Shown here: in pieces, positions 15,346-25,443 of the stretch
How the letters are laid out: each line of letters begins with the position of its first letter
Numbering within the stretch: position 1 is the stretch's first letter
Assembly: GCA_964547875.1 (NCBI GenBank)
Contig: CAZJPE010000005.1
Location: forward strand, 27,543 to 91,542
Origin: Candidatus Woesearchaeota archaeon
Lineage (GTDB): Archaea > Nanobdellota > Nanobdellia > Pacearchaeales > GW2011-AR1
DNA length: 64,000 nt
Direction: 5' to 3'
The notes under the pieces: generated by a model
What the model saw: the letters and a program-made list of their open reading frames with translations, nothing else
What the model was told of the DNA's origin: nothing
Database searches by the model: none
Translations under genes and position numbers: made by a program

Positions 15346-17034
15346 ATGAAAGAAAAAATAATTAATTTATTGATAAAATTAACAAATTTAAAAGAAGCAG
15401 AAATCTCGCAGTTAATAGAACCCCCCCCAGACGAGAAACTCGGAGATTATGCTTTTCCATGCTTCGTTCTTTCTAAAACTATAAGAAAAAGCCCTAAAGA
15501 AATCGCAAAAGAGTTAGCAAAAAAGATTAATCCATCTGAAGAAATAGAAAAAGTAGAAGCAATTGGTCCATATGTTAATTTCTTTCTCAATATAAAAAAC
15601 CTGGCAGAAAGTACGCTGAAAAAAATACAAAAAGAAAAAGATAAATATGGCTCTTATAAGATGAATAAGAAAATAGTTATAGAATATATTGGCCCGAACA
15701 CAAACAAACCGCTTCACGTAGGCCATGTCAGAAATATCGTCATAGGGCAGTCAATTGCCAATATCCTCAAGCATACAGGCAATAAAATAACAATGGTCAA
15801 CATAAACAGTGATAGAGGCATACACATCTGCAAATCAATTGTAGCCTATGAAAAATTCGGGAAAAACGACTCGCCTGAAAAAGCAGGAAAAAAACCAGAT
15901 CATTTCATAGGCGATTATTACGTTAAATTTGCTCAGAAACTAAAAACTAATCCAGAACTAGAGAAAGAGGCGCATGAATGCCTTAGAAAATGGGAAGCAG
16001 GAGATAAAAAAACCCTCGCCTTATGGAAAAAAATGAATGTCTGGGCATTGCAGGGATTTAAGAAAACTTATAAGAAATTCGATATTCATATAGACAAGGA
16101 ATATTTTGAATCTAAGATTTATAAAGAAGGCAGGAAAATAATTTTAGACGCCCTTAAAAAAGGCATTCTCATAAAAAAGGATAATGCCATCATAGCAGAT
16201 TTAAAAAAATTCAATTTAGACGAGAAAGTTCTCTTAAGAGCAGACGGAACATCTCTATATATCACTCAAGATATCTACTTGGCATTATTAAGAAAAAAAG
16301 AATATAATTTTGATAAAATGCTCTATATTGTTGCAAATGAGCAGAACTATCACTTCAAGGTTCTTTTTGCATTGTTGGAATTATTTGGCTATAAATGGCA
16401 TGATCAATTACATCACCTAAGTTACGGAATGGTTAATCTAGAATCAGGCAAAATGAAATCAAGAGAAGGAAATGTTATAGACGCAGACGATTTAGTGGAA
16501 GAAATAGAATCTCTTGCTCTGAAAGAAATAGAATCCCGCTATAAAAATCTGGAAAAGAAAGAAAAACTAAACAGGGCAAAAGCAATAGCAATGGCATCGA
16601 TAAGATACTATTTCCTAAAAATAGAAAAAATAAAAGATATAACATTCAAGCCAGAAGAAGCAATAAACTTTGAGGGCAACACAGGCCCATATCTTCTCTA
16701 CACATATGCAAGAGCGAAAAGCATTCTAAGAAAGGCAAAATATTCTCAAAATCAAAAGTATAAAATAGGCAATGTTACAGAAAAAGAAAAACAATTATTA
16801 ATACATCTTTCAAATTTTCCTGAAATTATTCTATCTGCCCATAATGCTCTCGCTACAAATCTTGTTGCAAATTACGCTTACAATATCTCGCAAATTTTCA
16901 ATGAATTTTATCATGCTGAAAAAATCATTGGTTCTGTAAACGAACCATTCAAATTAGCTCTAGTTGATGCATTCTCTCAGGTATTAAAAAATGCTTTATC
17001 TTTATTGAATATTCAACCATTAGAAATAATGTGA
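15346..17034 (+). CDS. argS: Arginine--tRNA ligase.
   Basis: 562 aa. HIGH motif PLHVGHVRNIVIG. Overall class I ArgRS architecture, including the anticodon-binding C-terminus. Confidence 0.85.
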   Translation: MKEKIINLLIKLTNLKEAEISQLIEPPPDEKLGDYAFPCFVLSKTIRKSPKEIAKELAKKINPSEEIEKVEAIGPYVNFFLNIKNLAESTLKKIQKEKDKYGSYKMNKKIVIEYIGPNTNKPLHVGHVRNIVIGQSIANILKHTGNKITMVNINSDRGIHICKSIVAYEKFGKNDSPEKAGKKPDHFIGDYYVKFAQKLKTNPELEKEAHECLRKWEAGDKKTLALWKKMNVWALQGFKKTYKKFDIHIDKEYFESKIYKEGRKIILDALKKGILIKKDNAIIADLKKFNLDEKVLLRADGTSLYITQDIYLALLRKKEYNFDKMLYIVANEQNYHFKVLFALLELFGYKWHDQLHHLSYGMVNLESGKMKSREGNVIDADDLVEEIESLALKEIESRYKNLEKKEKLNRAKAIAMASIRYYFLKIEKIKDITFKPEEAINFEGNTGPYLLYTYARAKSILRKAKYSQNQKYKIGNVTEKEKQLLIHLSNFPEIILSAHNALATNLVANYAYNISQIFNEFYHAEKIIGSVNEPFKLALVDAFSQVLKNALSLLNIQPLEIM

Positions 17035-17080
17035 AATAGAGAACAAAAAACCTTAAATATTCATCAAAACACACATTAAA

Positions 17081-17253
17081 ATGGATCCAGTAACTATATT
17101 ACTTATGAATGGATTTTTTTTATCATTTCTATTATTTATCTTGCTTATAGTTTTAGCCTCGAGAAACGGTCGCCCGAGGCGCAAATTAAAGGGCAAAAGC
17201 AGGATAAAAGAAGATATCAAGAAAATCAAAGACCAGATTAATGGCGAGTAATA
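17081..17253 (+). CDS. Small membrane protein (57 aa), unannotated.
   Basis: MDPVTILLMNGFFLSFLLFILLIVLASRNGRPRRKLKGK... It is below the ORF-table length cut-off. Confidence 0.25.
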
Positions 17254-17285
17254 ATATTTAAAAGTAATCTATTACACATTTCTCC

Positions 17286-18122
17286 ATGGGCGAGGTAATT
17301 ACTCTTGTAAAATTGAAAAAAAGAATTTCCCCATATGATTCTACTTTAGTAGGGGGCGTTTTTGATTTGTTTCATGTCGGTCATCTTCGTTATCTCAAAC
17401 AATGTAGCGAGTTAAAAAGACCATTAATCGTAGCAGTTCAGTCCGATAGAACTGTAAGAATTCGAAAAGGATTTAATAGGCCCATTATAAATCAAGCACG
17501 ACGTGCAGAAATTGTCGCAGCTCTTGGTTTTGTTGATTTTGTGCTTATCTTAGATAAACCTTCTCATCATCATCATTATCTTAAAACCATCAAGCCAGAA
17601 TATTATGTCTTTTCAAAGGAGACTATGAAGCATAGAACCAATAGAGCCCGCCTAATAAAAGAAGAATTTCCTTATACGAAAATAGTTTTTCTTAATAAAG
17701 ATGTAAGACAATCAAGTACGAGTTTTATTGCTAAGAAAATACTTGCTCAACGCGATTATGATAAAATAGAAGACCCTATCATTCGACGACTTTATTATCT
17801 CGCAGATCACAGCAAAGCTTCAATTGGTAAAATCTCTGCCCTTTTAAAATATCAAGAGAAAATTGTTGCAGAGTCAGATAATATCGAAAGTCTAGATATT
17901 CATGCAGAGGAGATTATTATGAAAAAGGCAAAAAGTATGAATGTCCCATTAAACAAAACAGAATTATACATATTAATTCCTCCTTGTATTTTATGTGCGC
18001 AAAAAATTTTGGAAAATAATATAAAAAAAGTGTATTACTTACATGAATATGGGAATGATGATGGAATGCAATTTCTCCGCAAAAACAATATTAAAGTAGA
18101 AAAGATTAATAGTAAAAAATAA
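17286..18122 (+). CDS. Fusion of a cytidylyltransferase-like nucleotidyltransferase (HxGH family) with a C-terminal CMP/dCMP-deaminase-like zinc-binding domain.
   Basis: GGVFDLFHVGHLRYL (HxGH NTase motif). HAEEIIM...(20 aa)...PPCILC matches the deaminase H-A-E...PCxxC signature. Confidence 0.55.
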   Translation: MGEVITLVKLKKRISPYDSTLVGGVFDLFHVGHLRYLKQCSELKRPLIVAVQSDRTVRIRKGFNRPIINQARRAEIVAALGFVDFVLILDKPSHHHHYLKTIKPEYYVFSKETMKHRTNRARLIKEEFPYTKIVFLNKDVRQSSTSFIAKKILAQRDYDKIEDPIIRRLYYLADHSKASIGKISALLKYQEKIVAESDNIESLDIHAEEIIMKKAKSMNVPLNKTELYILIPPCILCAQKILENNIKKVYYLHEYGNDDGMQFLRKNNIKVEKINSKK

Positions 18123-18194
18123 CTTGTTTTTCCAATAGAGTTGTCCTGAAAATTTAATATGAATTCTCATCAAACCAAATAGTTTATATATCCA

Positions 18195-18440
18195 TTACAG
18201 CTGCTCTAAAATGTAGAGCAGCTGGCGCGTCAGCCCTGCGCCATTCGCAAATGGGCTTCATGGCGAGCTGAAAGAGGCGCGTGAGACCGCAGATAAAAAG
18301 TCTCTTGCCGGACGTTGACGTTTTGTCCTGTTCGATCGTGCCTCTGTGAAATGGGTCAGGCCTTGATCGGAGCAGCCCTAAGCAGAAAGCATGGTGCTTA
18401 TAGGGTTGCAGAACCGAGAAAGGCATGAGGAAGCTTTTTG
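18195..18440 (+). ncRNA. Probable signal recognition particle RNA (SRP/7S RNA). The ends are approximate.
   Basis: About 245-nt GC-rich island in an AT-rich intergenic region. GGGUCAGGCCUUGAUCGGAGCAGCCCUAAGCAG matches SRP RNA helix 8 (GUCAGG..CC..GGA.AGCAGCC.AAGGCAG). A TATA-like tttatata lies at 18184 and a T5 tract at 18436. The minus-strand ORF 18184-18426 is rejected. Confidence 0.5.
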
Positions 18441-18562
18441 TCTAAAATCAAGCAAACCTCTTCTCTACACTAGAAGAGTTTTATGTTCAAGAAATCCGGC
18501 AGATTATTCAAAATCAAAGGAAAAAACTAAAACTATAAAAACAACTTTTATCTGAAATAATA

Positions 18563-19063
18563 ATGTACAAAAGAGGAATCAGCGAAATAATGAGTTATGT
18601 TCTATTAATCCTTGTAGCAATAACAATCAGCACCCTTGCCTATGGTTTTTTAAAGCTATATGTCCCAAAAGAAAAGCCAGAATGTAAAGAGGGAATTAAT
18701 CTAATTATAGAAAATGCACAATGCAAACACGAAGCAAATGGCATAAATAATTTATCTCTTATACTACAAAATAGAGGATTATTTAAAGTCGATAGGGCTT
18801 TTATCAGAATTGGTTTTGAATCAAGAGAATTTAGAGAAGATGTTCCAAAAAACAATCCAATAACTTTAGCAAATAAAACAACCTATGACGAAGGTTTAAA
18901 CCCTAAAGAATCAACGCGCACTCTTGTCTATGAGCTTCCAGCTATTTACAACGCAGTAGGAAATTATATCCTAGAGGTTCAGCCAGCTCATTTCACAAAA
19001 AATGATGACATAGAATCTCTAGCGCTCTGCCCCCCAATCAAACAAATAATAGCTTGCAGTTAA
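18563..19063 (+). CDS. Type IV pilin-like protein (class III signal peptide).
   Basis: MYKRGISEIMSYVLLILVAITISTLAYGFL is a KRG-hydrophobic prepilin peptidase (PibD/FlaK-type) site. Confidence 0.5.
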   Translation: MYKRGISEIMSYVLLILVAITISTLAYGFLKLYVPKEKPECKEGINLIIENAQCKHEANGINNLSLILQNRGLFKVDRAFIRIGFESREFREDVPKNNPITLANKTTYDEGLNPKESTRTLVYELPAIYNAVGNYILEVQPAHFTKNDDIESLALCPPIKQIIACS

Positions 19064-19135
19064 TTTTTAGACATTAAAATATATAGTTTATTGTGTTACA
19101 ACAAACTATATATAAGAAAACCTCGCTGAATTTTC

Positions 19136-20290
19136 ATGAAATTCGCCCATTTAGCTGATTGCCATCTAGATGGCTGGAGAGTGCCTGAATTAAACGCTTT
19201 AAACCTACAATGCTTTCAAAAAGCACTCAGCATGTGCATTAAGCAAAAAGTAGAATTTATTCTTATCGCTGGCGATTTATTTGATTCAGCATATCCCTCT
19301 ATAGACATACTAAAAGAGACATTTAGGGAATTTAGAAAGCTTCAGGATGCAAATATTCAGGTATTTATAATTGCAGGAAGCCATGATTATTCTGTTTCAG
19401 GAAAAACATTTCTTGATGTTTTGGAAAAATCAGGATTTTGCAGGAATGTCGCCCATTTTGAAGAGCACAATGATAAAATACTTCTGCAGCCGACAATATA
19501 CAAAAACGTTGCTATTTACGGCTATTCCGGAAAGAAGTCAGGTTTAGAGATGGATGAAATAGAAAGAATAAGACTGCAGGATTCTCCGGGTCTGTTTAAG
19601 ATATTAATGCTGCATACTGCAATAAGGAGTGTTGTTCCAAATCCAAAAATTAAATCAGTTGACGATTCAAAACTGCCTCCTGTAAATTATTTAGCTTTAG
19701 GTCATTTACATATAAGCTACAGCAAAAACGGCAAGGTCTATCCGGGCCCTCTCTTTCCAAACAATCTCTTGGAGTTAGAAGAGCTTCAGAAAGGCGCATT
19801 TTACATATTTGACAATGGAAAAATAGAAAAGCAGGAAATAAAGCTGAAAGAGACGATCATCCTCAATTACGAAATTCACGACACGTCAAAAGCAACAGAG
19901 GAAATACTCTCTCTATTGGAAAAAACGCCTCTTAAGGATAAAATAATTATTCTAAAATTGATAGGCATAATAGAGCAAGGAAGAATTTCAGACATAAACT
20001 TTGCAAAAATATTAAATTTTGCGAAAGAGAAAGGCTCCTTTCTTCTCCTGAAAAACATATCAAAACTCTCATTCTTAGAGCCAGAATTGCAATTAGAGAC
20101 AATAGACACAGAAGACATAGAATCGCAAATTATTAAAAAATTTGAGATGTCAAATAAAAACAAATTCAATTATCTTATCAATTCCCTAATAAGAATTCTT
20201 CAAATTGAGAAAAACGACGAAGAAAAATCAGCAGTATTTGAAGAAAGACTATTATCAGAAGCAAAGAGGATAATCAGATATGAAACTTAA
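19136..20290 (+). CDS. mre11: DNA double-strand break repair nuclease Mre11.
   Basis: MKFAHLADCHLDG..IAGDLFD..GSHD..GHLH are calcineurin-like phosphoesterase motifs. Overlaps rad50 by 11 nt. Confidence 0.8.
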   Translation: MKFAHLADCHLDGWRVPELNALNLQCFQKALSMCIKQKVEFILIAGDLFDSAYPSIDILKETFREFRKLQDANIQVFIIAGSHDYSVSGKTFLDVLEKSGFCRNVAHFEEHNDKILLQPTIYKNVAIYGYSGKKSGLEMDEIERIRLQDSPGLFKILMLHTAIRSVVPNPKIKSVDDSKLPPVNYLALGHLHISYSKNGKVYPGPLFPNNLLELEELQKGAFYIFDNGKIEKQEIKLKETIILNYEIHDTSKATEEILSLLEKTPLKDKIIILKLIGIIEQGRISDINFAKILNFAKEKGSFLLLKNISKLSFLEPELQLETIDTEDIESQIIKKFEMSNKNKFNYLINSLIRILQIEKNDEEKSAVFEERLLSEAKRIIRYET

Positions 20291-22406
20291 AAGATTAATG
20301 CTTAAAAATATAAGATCGTACAAATATGAAGAAATAACATTCCCAGAAGGAGCCATATTGCTCGCAGGAGACATAGGCTCAGGCAAAACATCAATCTTAT
20401 TGGCAATTGAATATGCTCTGTTCGGGCTTCAGCCAGGCCAGCGAGGCTCTTCCATTTTAAGAAACAGCGCAGACTTCGGCCAAGTCTCGTTAGAATTTGA
20501 AATAAGCGGTAAAAATATAATCATTGAGCGTAAATTAAAAAGAAACCATAAAAGCGTGACAAATGAGTCAGCGTCTATTAAGATAGATAATGAAAGAATA
20601 GATGCCTCGCTCACAGAAATAAAAATCAAGGTGCTAGAATTAATCGGCTATCCGCAGGAATTTATCAAGAAAAATAACCTTCTTTACCGCTACACAGTAT
20701 ATACTCCGCAAGAGCAGATGAAGCAGATAATCCTTGAAGACGCAGAGACAAGACTAAACGTATTGCGCCATATTTTGGGAATAGACAAATATAAGAAAAT
20801 CAGGGAAAATCTCGCGCTTTTTTTGAATAAATTAAAAGAAGATTCAAAAGTTCTCCAAGGAGAAATAAAAAATCTTGATGAAGAAAAGATAAAATTAGAA
20901 TCAAGAATGTCACATTTAAAAGATTTAAACGAAGAAGAATCAAGAAAAGTCCAGAATTTAGAATCTAAAATTATTAGAACTGGAAAATTTGAATCAGAAG
21001 TTATTCAATTAGAATCAAAGATAAAAGAAAGAGAATATCTGGAAAAAGAAATTGAAAAAATAAAGATTATGGTTGCAAATAAATATGAAAATTCAACATC
21101 TATTGACAATGAATTTCAAGAATTAAAAAAAGCCATCTTAGAAGCAGAAGTGTTTAATGAGGATAATTACAAGCAGATTCTTAGCAATATAGAGCAAAAG
21201 AATAAAAAGATAGAGGGGCTGAATTCGCAGTATTTCGCTATTTCAAGCGAGATATCCTCTTTAAAACAGCAGCAGTTTGAAATGACCGCAAAAAAAGAGC
21301 GCATATTCAACATAGAAATCTGTCCAACTTGTTTGCAAGATGTTCCAGAGATTCATAAGCACAATATTCTTAATGAAACAGAAAGCATTTTAAACAAGGC
21401 AAGGCAGAGAATAATCTTTTTAGAAAAAGAAGCAATAATTTTTTCAAAGGATATTGAGAAATATAAATTTGAAAAATCCGCTCTTGACGAAGAAAAAATA
21501 TCAAAAGAAGTTCTAAGAACAAAATCAACATATCTTGAAAAAGAAAAAAAGAAGCTTCAGCAGCTCGTAAGCGCGAAAGAGGATATAAGGCGGGAGCTGG
21601 AGATTCTCGATAAGAACATAATAGTATTAAAAGAAAAGATATCAGAGCTTTTTAAGTTTGATAATCTATTAAAGCTTAAAAAATTAGAATTGCAGACAGC
21701 GAGCAATGAAGAGAGAAAGGCAGAGATATCTCTAGCGCAGATAAATAAAGAAATTGATTTGACAAAAACAGAAATTATAGTTCAAGAAAAATCAATAAAT
21801 GCAAAGGAAAAATCAAAGCAGAATCTCACATTCCTGCAGGAATTATTTGACTGGCTCTCCCTGAATTTTCTCGAGCTTGTGGAATTTACAGAGCGCAATG
21901 TCATGATAAAATTAAGGCAGGAATTCTCAAGGATTTTTAGTAAATGGTTTGATGTGCTTGTCCAGCAGGGCTCATTAAGCGTCAGGCTTGACGAATCATT
22001 TTCCCCAATAATAATCCATAATGGTATAGAAATGGAATACTCTTTCTTGTCTGGCGGCGAAAGAACAGCTATCGCATTAGCATACAGGCTCGCTCTCAAT
22101 CAAATTATTAACTCAATGCTTAGCAAAATCAAAACAAAAGACATCGTAATTCTTGACGAGCCAACAGACGGCTTTTCAGAGACCCAACTTGGAAAAATGC
22201 GCGATATCTTGCATGAACTAAAAGTATCTCAGCTTATTATTGTAAGCCACGAGCAAAAAATAGAAGGCTTTGTTGATAATATAATTAGAATAAAAAAAGT
22301 AGAAGAAATCTCTCGTTTAGAGCATAACAATGTTCACCCAACTCAAGAAAATGCTATTAGAGATTTAAATCAAATAATAAAAAAGCCACTAATTCAAATA
22401 GCATAA
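20280..22406 (+). CDS. rad50: DNA repair ATPase Rad50 (SMC-like).
   Basis: N-terminal GDIGSGKTSILLAIEYALFG (Walker A). Long coiled coil with CPTC zinc hook. C-terminal LSGGERTAIALAYRLAL (signature) and ILDEPTDG (Walker B). Confidence 0.85.
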   Translation: MKLKRLMLKNIRSYKYEEITFPEGAILLAGDIGSGKTSILLAIEYALFGLQPGQRGSSILRNSADFGQVSLEFEISGKNIIIERKLKRNHKSVTNESASIKIDNERIDASLTEIKIKVLELIGYPQEFIKKNNLLYRYTVYTPQEQMKQIILEDAETRLNVLRHILGIDKYKKIRENLALFLNKLKEDSKVLQGEIKNLDEEKIKLESRMSHLKDLNEEESRKVQNLESKIIRTGKFESEVIQLESKIKEREYLEKEIEKIKIMVANKYENSTSIDNEFQELKKAILEAEVFNEDNYKQILSNIEQKNKKIEGLNSQYFAISSEISSLKQQQFEMTAKKERIFNIEICPTCLQDVPEIHKHNILNETESILNKARQRIIFLEKEAIIFSKDIEKYKFEKSALDEEKISKEVLRTKSTYLEKEKKKLQQLVSAKEDIRRELEILDKNIIVLKEKISELFKFDNLLKLKKLELQTASNEERKAEISLAQINKEIDLTKTEIIVQEKSINAKEKSKQNLTFLQELFDWLSLNFLELVEFTERNVMIKLRQEFSRIFSKWFDVLVQQGSLSVRLDESFSPIIIHNGIEMEYSFLSGGERTAIALAYRLALNQIINSMLSKIKTKDIVILDEPTDGFSETQLGKMRDILHELKVSQLIIVSHEQKIEGFVDNIIRIKKVEEISRLEHNNVHPTQENAIRDLNQIIKKPLIQIA

Positions 22407-22872
22407 CTATTCAGACTTCTTGTTTTCCGTCGCCATTGCTATTACTCTAGGTATGGCGATGCCCCCATCTTCCAGTATATAATGCACAACATCTTTGACT
22501 TCATAAATATCAATTCTAGGAGATTCATTAGATACAGAATAATTAACTCTATCTCCTACTCTTGGCAATACATGCCCTTCAACAGATCTTTTTTCTATTA
22601 TAATATGTTTATCAGAATCTATAGTAAAAGGCTAAAATAATTCCCCCAGATGTCTTTTACTATATTCGAGAGAACAAAAAGCCTAGTTAATTATTTTGGT
22701 CTCTCGTTATAATAACAAAAGATTATATTCAATGTAATGTTCAATTGTCATAATATTCTTTAACTTTTTCCTTTTTATTAATTTCGATCCTGCAAAATAC
22801 TCATTGTCAAATATCCGAAAAACTTAAATACCTGAAATCTCATATTCTATATAGAAATTCTAGATTCTTAAA

Positions 22873-23526
22873 ATGAATGAAGAAATATCCAAGAATATCT
22901 TGAAATCAAGCACGAGTCTAGTGGGAATTGTATGCAAAGATGGAATTGTTCTGGGCGGAGATAGAAGAGTCACGGCAGGAACTCTTATTATGGGCAAGAA
23001 TTACAGAAAAATTCTAAGAGTTAATGATTATCTTATTGTCGCTTATACAGGAGGCGTTGCAGACGCTCAATTGACAAATAAGATCCTTGCAGCAGAGTTA
23101 AGACTGCAGGAATTAAGGACAAAAAGCAAATCAACAGTAAAAGAAGCAGCAAATCTCTTGTCAATGCTCACATATAGAAATATAAGAACTCCTTCAATGA
23201 TTTTAAGCATAGTAGGCACATTAATAGCAGGCTTAGATACTAATGGAAAAGCCTCGCTCTTCACAATAGAGCCTGCAGGCGGAGTCTATGAAGTGGAAGA
23301 TTACGATGCGAACTTCTCTTCAGGAATGCCTTACATTCTCGGAATTCTTGAAAGCGAATACAAAAAAGAGCTTACAGTTGAGCAAGGAATAGAATTAGCC
23401 AAGAAATGCCTTAAATCTTCAACACAAAGAGATGTAGGCTCTGGAAATGGTATAGATATATTCTCTATAACAAAGTCAGGGCTAAATCATGCAATATCAG
23501 AAGAAATAATTCATCAATTCAAATAA
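22873..23526 (+). CDS. psmB: Proteasome beta subunit.
   Basis: Propeptide then TSLVGIVCKDGIVLGGDRR (Ntn-hydrolase Thr region). 217 aa. Confidence 0.8.
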   Translation: MNEEISKNILKSSTSLVGIVCKDGIVLGGDRRVTAGTLIMGKNYRKILRVNDYLIVAYTGGVADAQLTNKILAAELRLQELRTKSKSTVKEAANLLSMLTYRNIRTPSMILSIVGTLIAGLDTNGKASLFTIEPAGGVYEVEDYDANFSSGMPYILGILESEYKKELTVEQGIELAKKCLKSSTQRDVGSGNGIDIFSITKSGLNHAISEEIIHQFK

Positions 23527-23549
23527 TTTAATGTTTATATATTCTTAAA

Positions 23550-25442
23550 ATGGTTGATATTTTGAAGACTATCAAAGAAGAGCTTCCAAAAGTCATTGTT
23601 GATGCAGCGTTTGAAGGAGCGAATATAGTTCTCTACACAGACGACAAAGATTTTCTGCGCAACAGCGAACAGCAGATTAGAAATGTTGTCAATAAAATAA
23701 AGAAGCGAATTGATATACGAGCTGATAAAAAAATTCTTCTCAATGAAGCAGAAACAGAAAAGACTATTCGCGCCCTAATCCCAGAAGAGGCGGGGATAGC
23801 AAACGTTATATTTGACGTGCAAAGAAGCGTTGTTATAATAGAAGCTAAAAAACCAGGCCTTGTTATAGGCAAGCAAGGCTCAATCCTTGCAGATATTAAA
23901 AAATCAACATTCTGGCTTCCCCAAGTACAACGAAGTCCTTCAATTCCGAGCAAGATAACTGAAAAGATAAGATCAGTTTTATATGCTAATAATATCTACA
24001 GAAGAAAATTTCTAAATGATATAGGAAAAAAAATCTACAAGGAATGGAACCCTGAAAAAATGGATATGTGGGTTCGCCTTACTTATTTAGGAGGCGGCAG
24101 GCAGGTCGGAAGATCCTGTCTGCTATTGCAGACTCCAAACTCAAAAATCCTCTTAGATTGCGGGATTAATCCTGCTATCGCAGAAGGCCCTGAAAGATTT
24201 CCTTATTTAGACGTAGCAGAAATAGGAAATCTCTCTTCAATTGATGCAATTATTCTCTCACACGCGCATACAGATCACGCAGGTTTAATTCCCTACCTAT
24301 ATAAAATGGGATATACAGGCCCTGTATATCTTACAGCTCCAACGAGAGACATTGCAGCATTGCTCGCCCTTGATTTTATCGGAGTAGCATATAAAAAAGC
24401 AGAATTTCCTTTATATAAGGGAGAAGACATTAAAGAAATGGTCAGGCACTCTATCTGCCTGGAATATGGCGAGGTCACAGACATAACACCTGATGTAAGA
24501 ATAACGTTCTATAACGCAGGCCATGTACTCGGCTCTGCGCAAGTTCATATTAATGTAGGAAATGGTCTTCATAACTTTGTTTATAGCGGAGACACAAAAT
24601 ATGGGAAAACCCGCCTCCTAGATCCTGCAGAAAATCGCTTTCCTAGAGTAGAAGCTCTTCAACTAGAAGCGACCTATGGCGGAAAAGAAAATGTCCTGCC
24701 TCCACGCTCTGAAACAGAAAAATTATTCATTGAACTTACGAAAAAAACAATTGAAAGAGGTGGAAAAATCCTCTTCCCAGAATTAGGGCTTGGCCATTCA
24801 CAAGAAACAATGCTCAGAATAGAAGAAGCAATCCGCACAGGAGAATTGCCTAAAATACCTGTTTATATAGATGGCATGATATGGGACATTAACGCAATTC
24901 ATACGGCCTATCCAGATTTCCTAAGCTCTTCAGTGAGAAGCCAAATCTTACAAGACAACAACCCTTTCCTTTCAGATATATTTAAAAGAATAGGCTCTCC
25001 TTCAGAAAGAAATGAAGTCTTAGAAGGCGGTCCTTGCATAATTGTTTCAACATCAGGAATGTTAAATGGAGGGGCATCTGTGGAATATTTCAGAAATCTA
25101 GCAGACAATCCTAAAAATCTCCTAGTTTTTAGTTGTTTTCAGGGCGCAGGCTCTCTGGGAAGGCAAGTCCAGGAAGGGAAGAAAGAAGTCAATTTGGGAA
25201 AACAATACAATAACGAAACGCTAAAAGTAAATTTAGAAGTAGAAACCCTAAACGGACTTTCCTCTCATTCAGGAAGGAATGAGCTGATGCAATATGTAAA
25301 CAGAATGAACCCAAGGCCTAAAAAAATCGTTATTAATCATGGCGAACCTACAAGATGTCTTGATCTTGCTTCAAGTATTTACCGCACTAATAAAATAGAA
25401 ACCGCTGTCCCAAGAAATCTTGAGACAATCAGGCTGAAGTAA
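23550..25442 (+). CDS. aCPSF1-type beta-CASP RNase (KH domains + metallo-beta-lactamase + beta-CASP).
   Basis: 630 aa. N-terminal KH-like segments. LSHAHTDHAG is the MBL HxHxDH motif. C-terminal beta-CASP region. Confidence 0.85.
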   Translation: MVDILKTIKEELPKVIVDAAFEGANIVLYTDDKDFLRNSEQQIRNVVNKIKKRIDIRADKKILLNEAETEKTIRALIPEEAGIANVIFDVQRSVVIIEAKKPGLVIGKQGSILADIKKSTFWLPQVQRSPSIPSKITEKIRSVLYANNIYRRKFLNDIGKKIYKEWNPEKMDMWVRLTYLGGGRQVGRSCLLLQTPNSKILLDCGINPAIAEGPERFPYLDVAEIGNLSSIDAIILSHAHTDHAGLIPYLYKMGYTGPVYLTAPTRDIAALLALDFIGVAYKKAEFPLYKGEDIKEMVRHSICLEYGEVTDITPDVRITFYNAGHVLGSAQVHINVGNGLHNFVYSGDTKYGKTRLLDPAENRFPRVEALQLEATYGGKENVLPPRSETEKLFIELTKKTIERGGKILFPELGLGHSQETMLRIEEAIRTGELPKIPVYIDGMIWDINAIHTAYPDFLSSSVRSQILQDNNPFLSDIFKRIGSPSERNEVLEGGPCIIVSTSGMLNGGASVEYFRNLADNPKNLLVFSCFQGAGSLGRQVQEGKKEVNLGKQYNNETLKVNLEVETLNGLSSHSGRNELMQYVNRMNPRPKKIVINHGEPTRCLDLASSIYRTNKIETAVPRNLETIRLK

Positions 25443-25443
25443 A

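Noticed and set aside
18184-18426. Minus-strand 80-aa ORF in the GC-rich island.
   Set aside because: It is an artefact of GC-rich non-coding sequence. The region carries an SRP RNA helix-8-like motif on the plus strand and has no coding periodicity.
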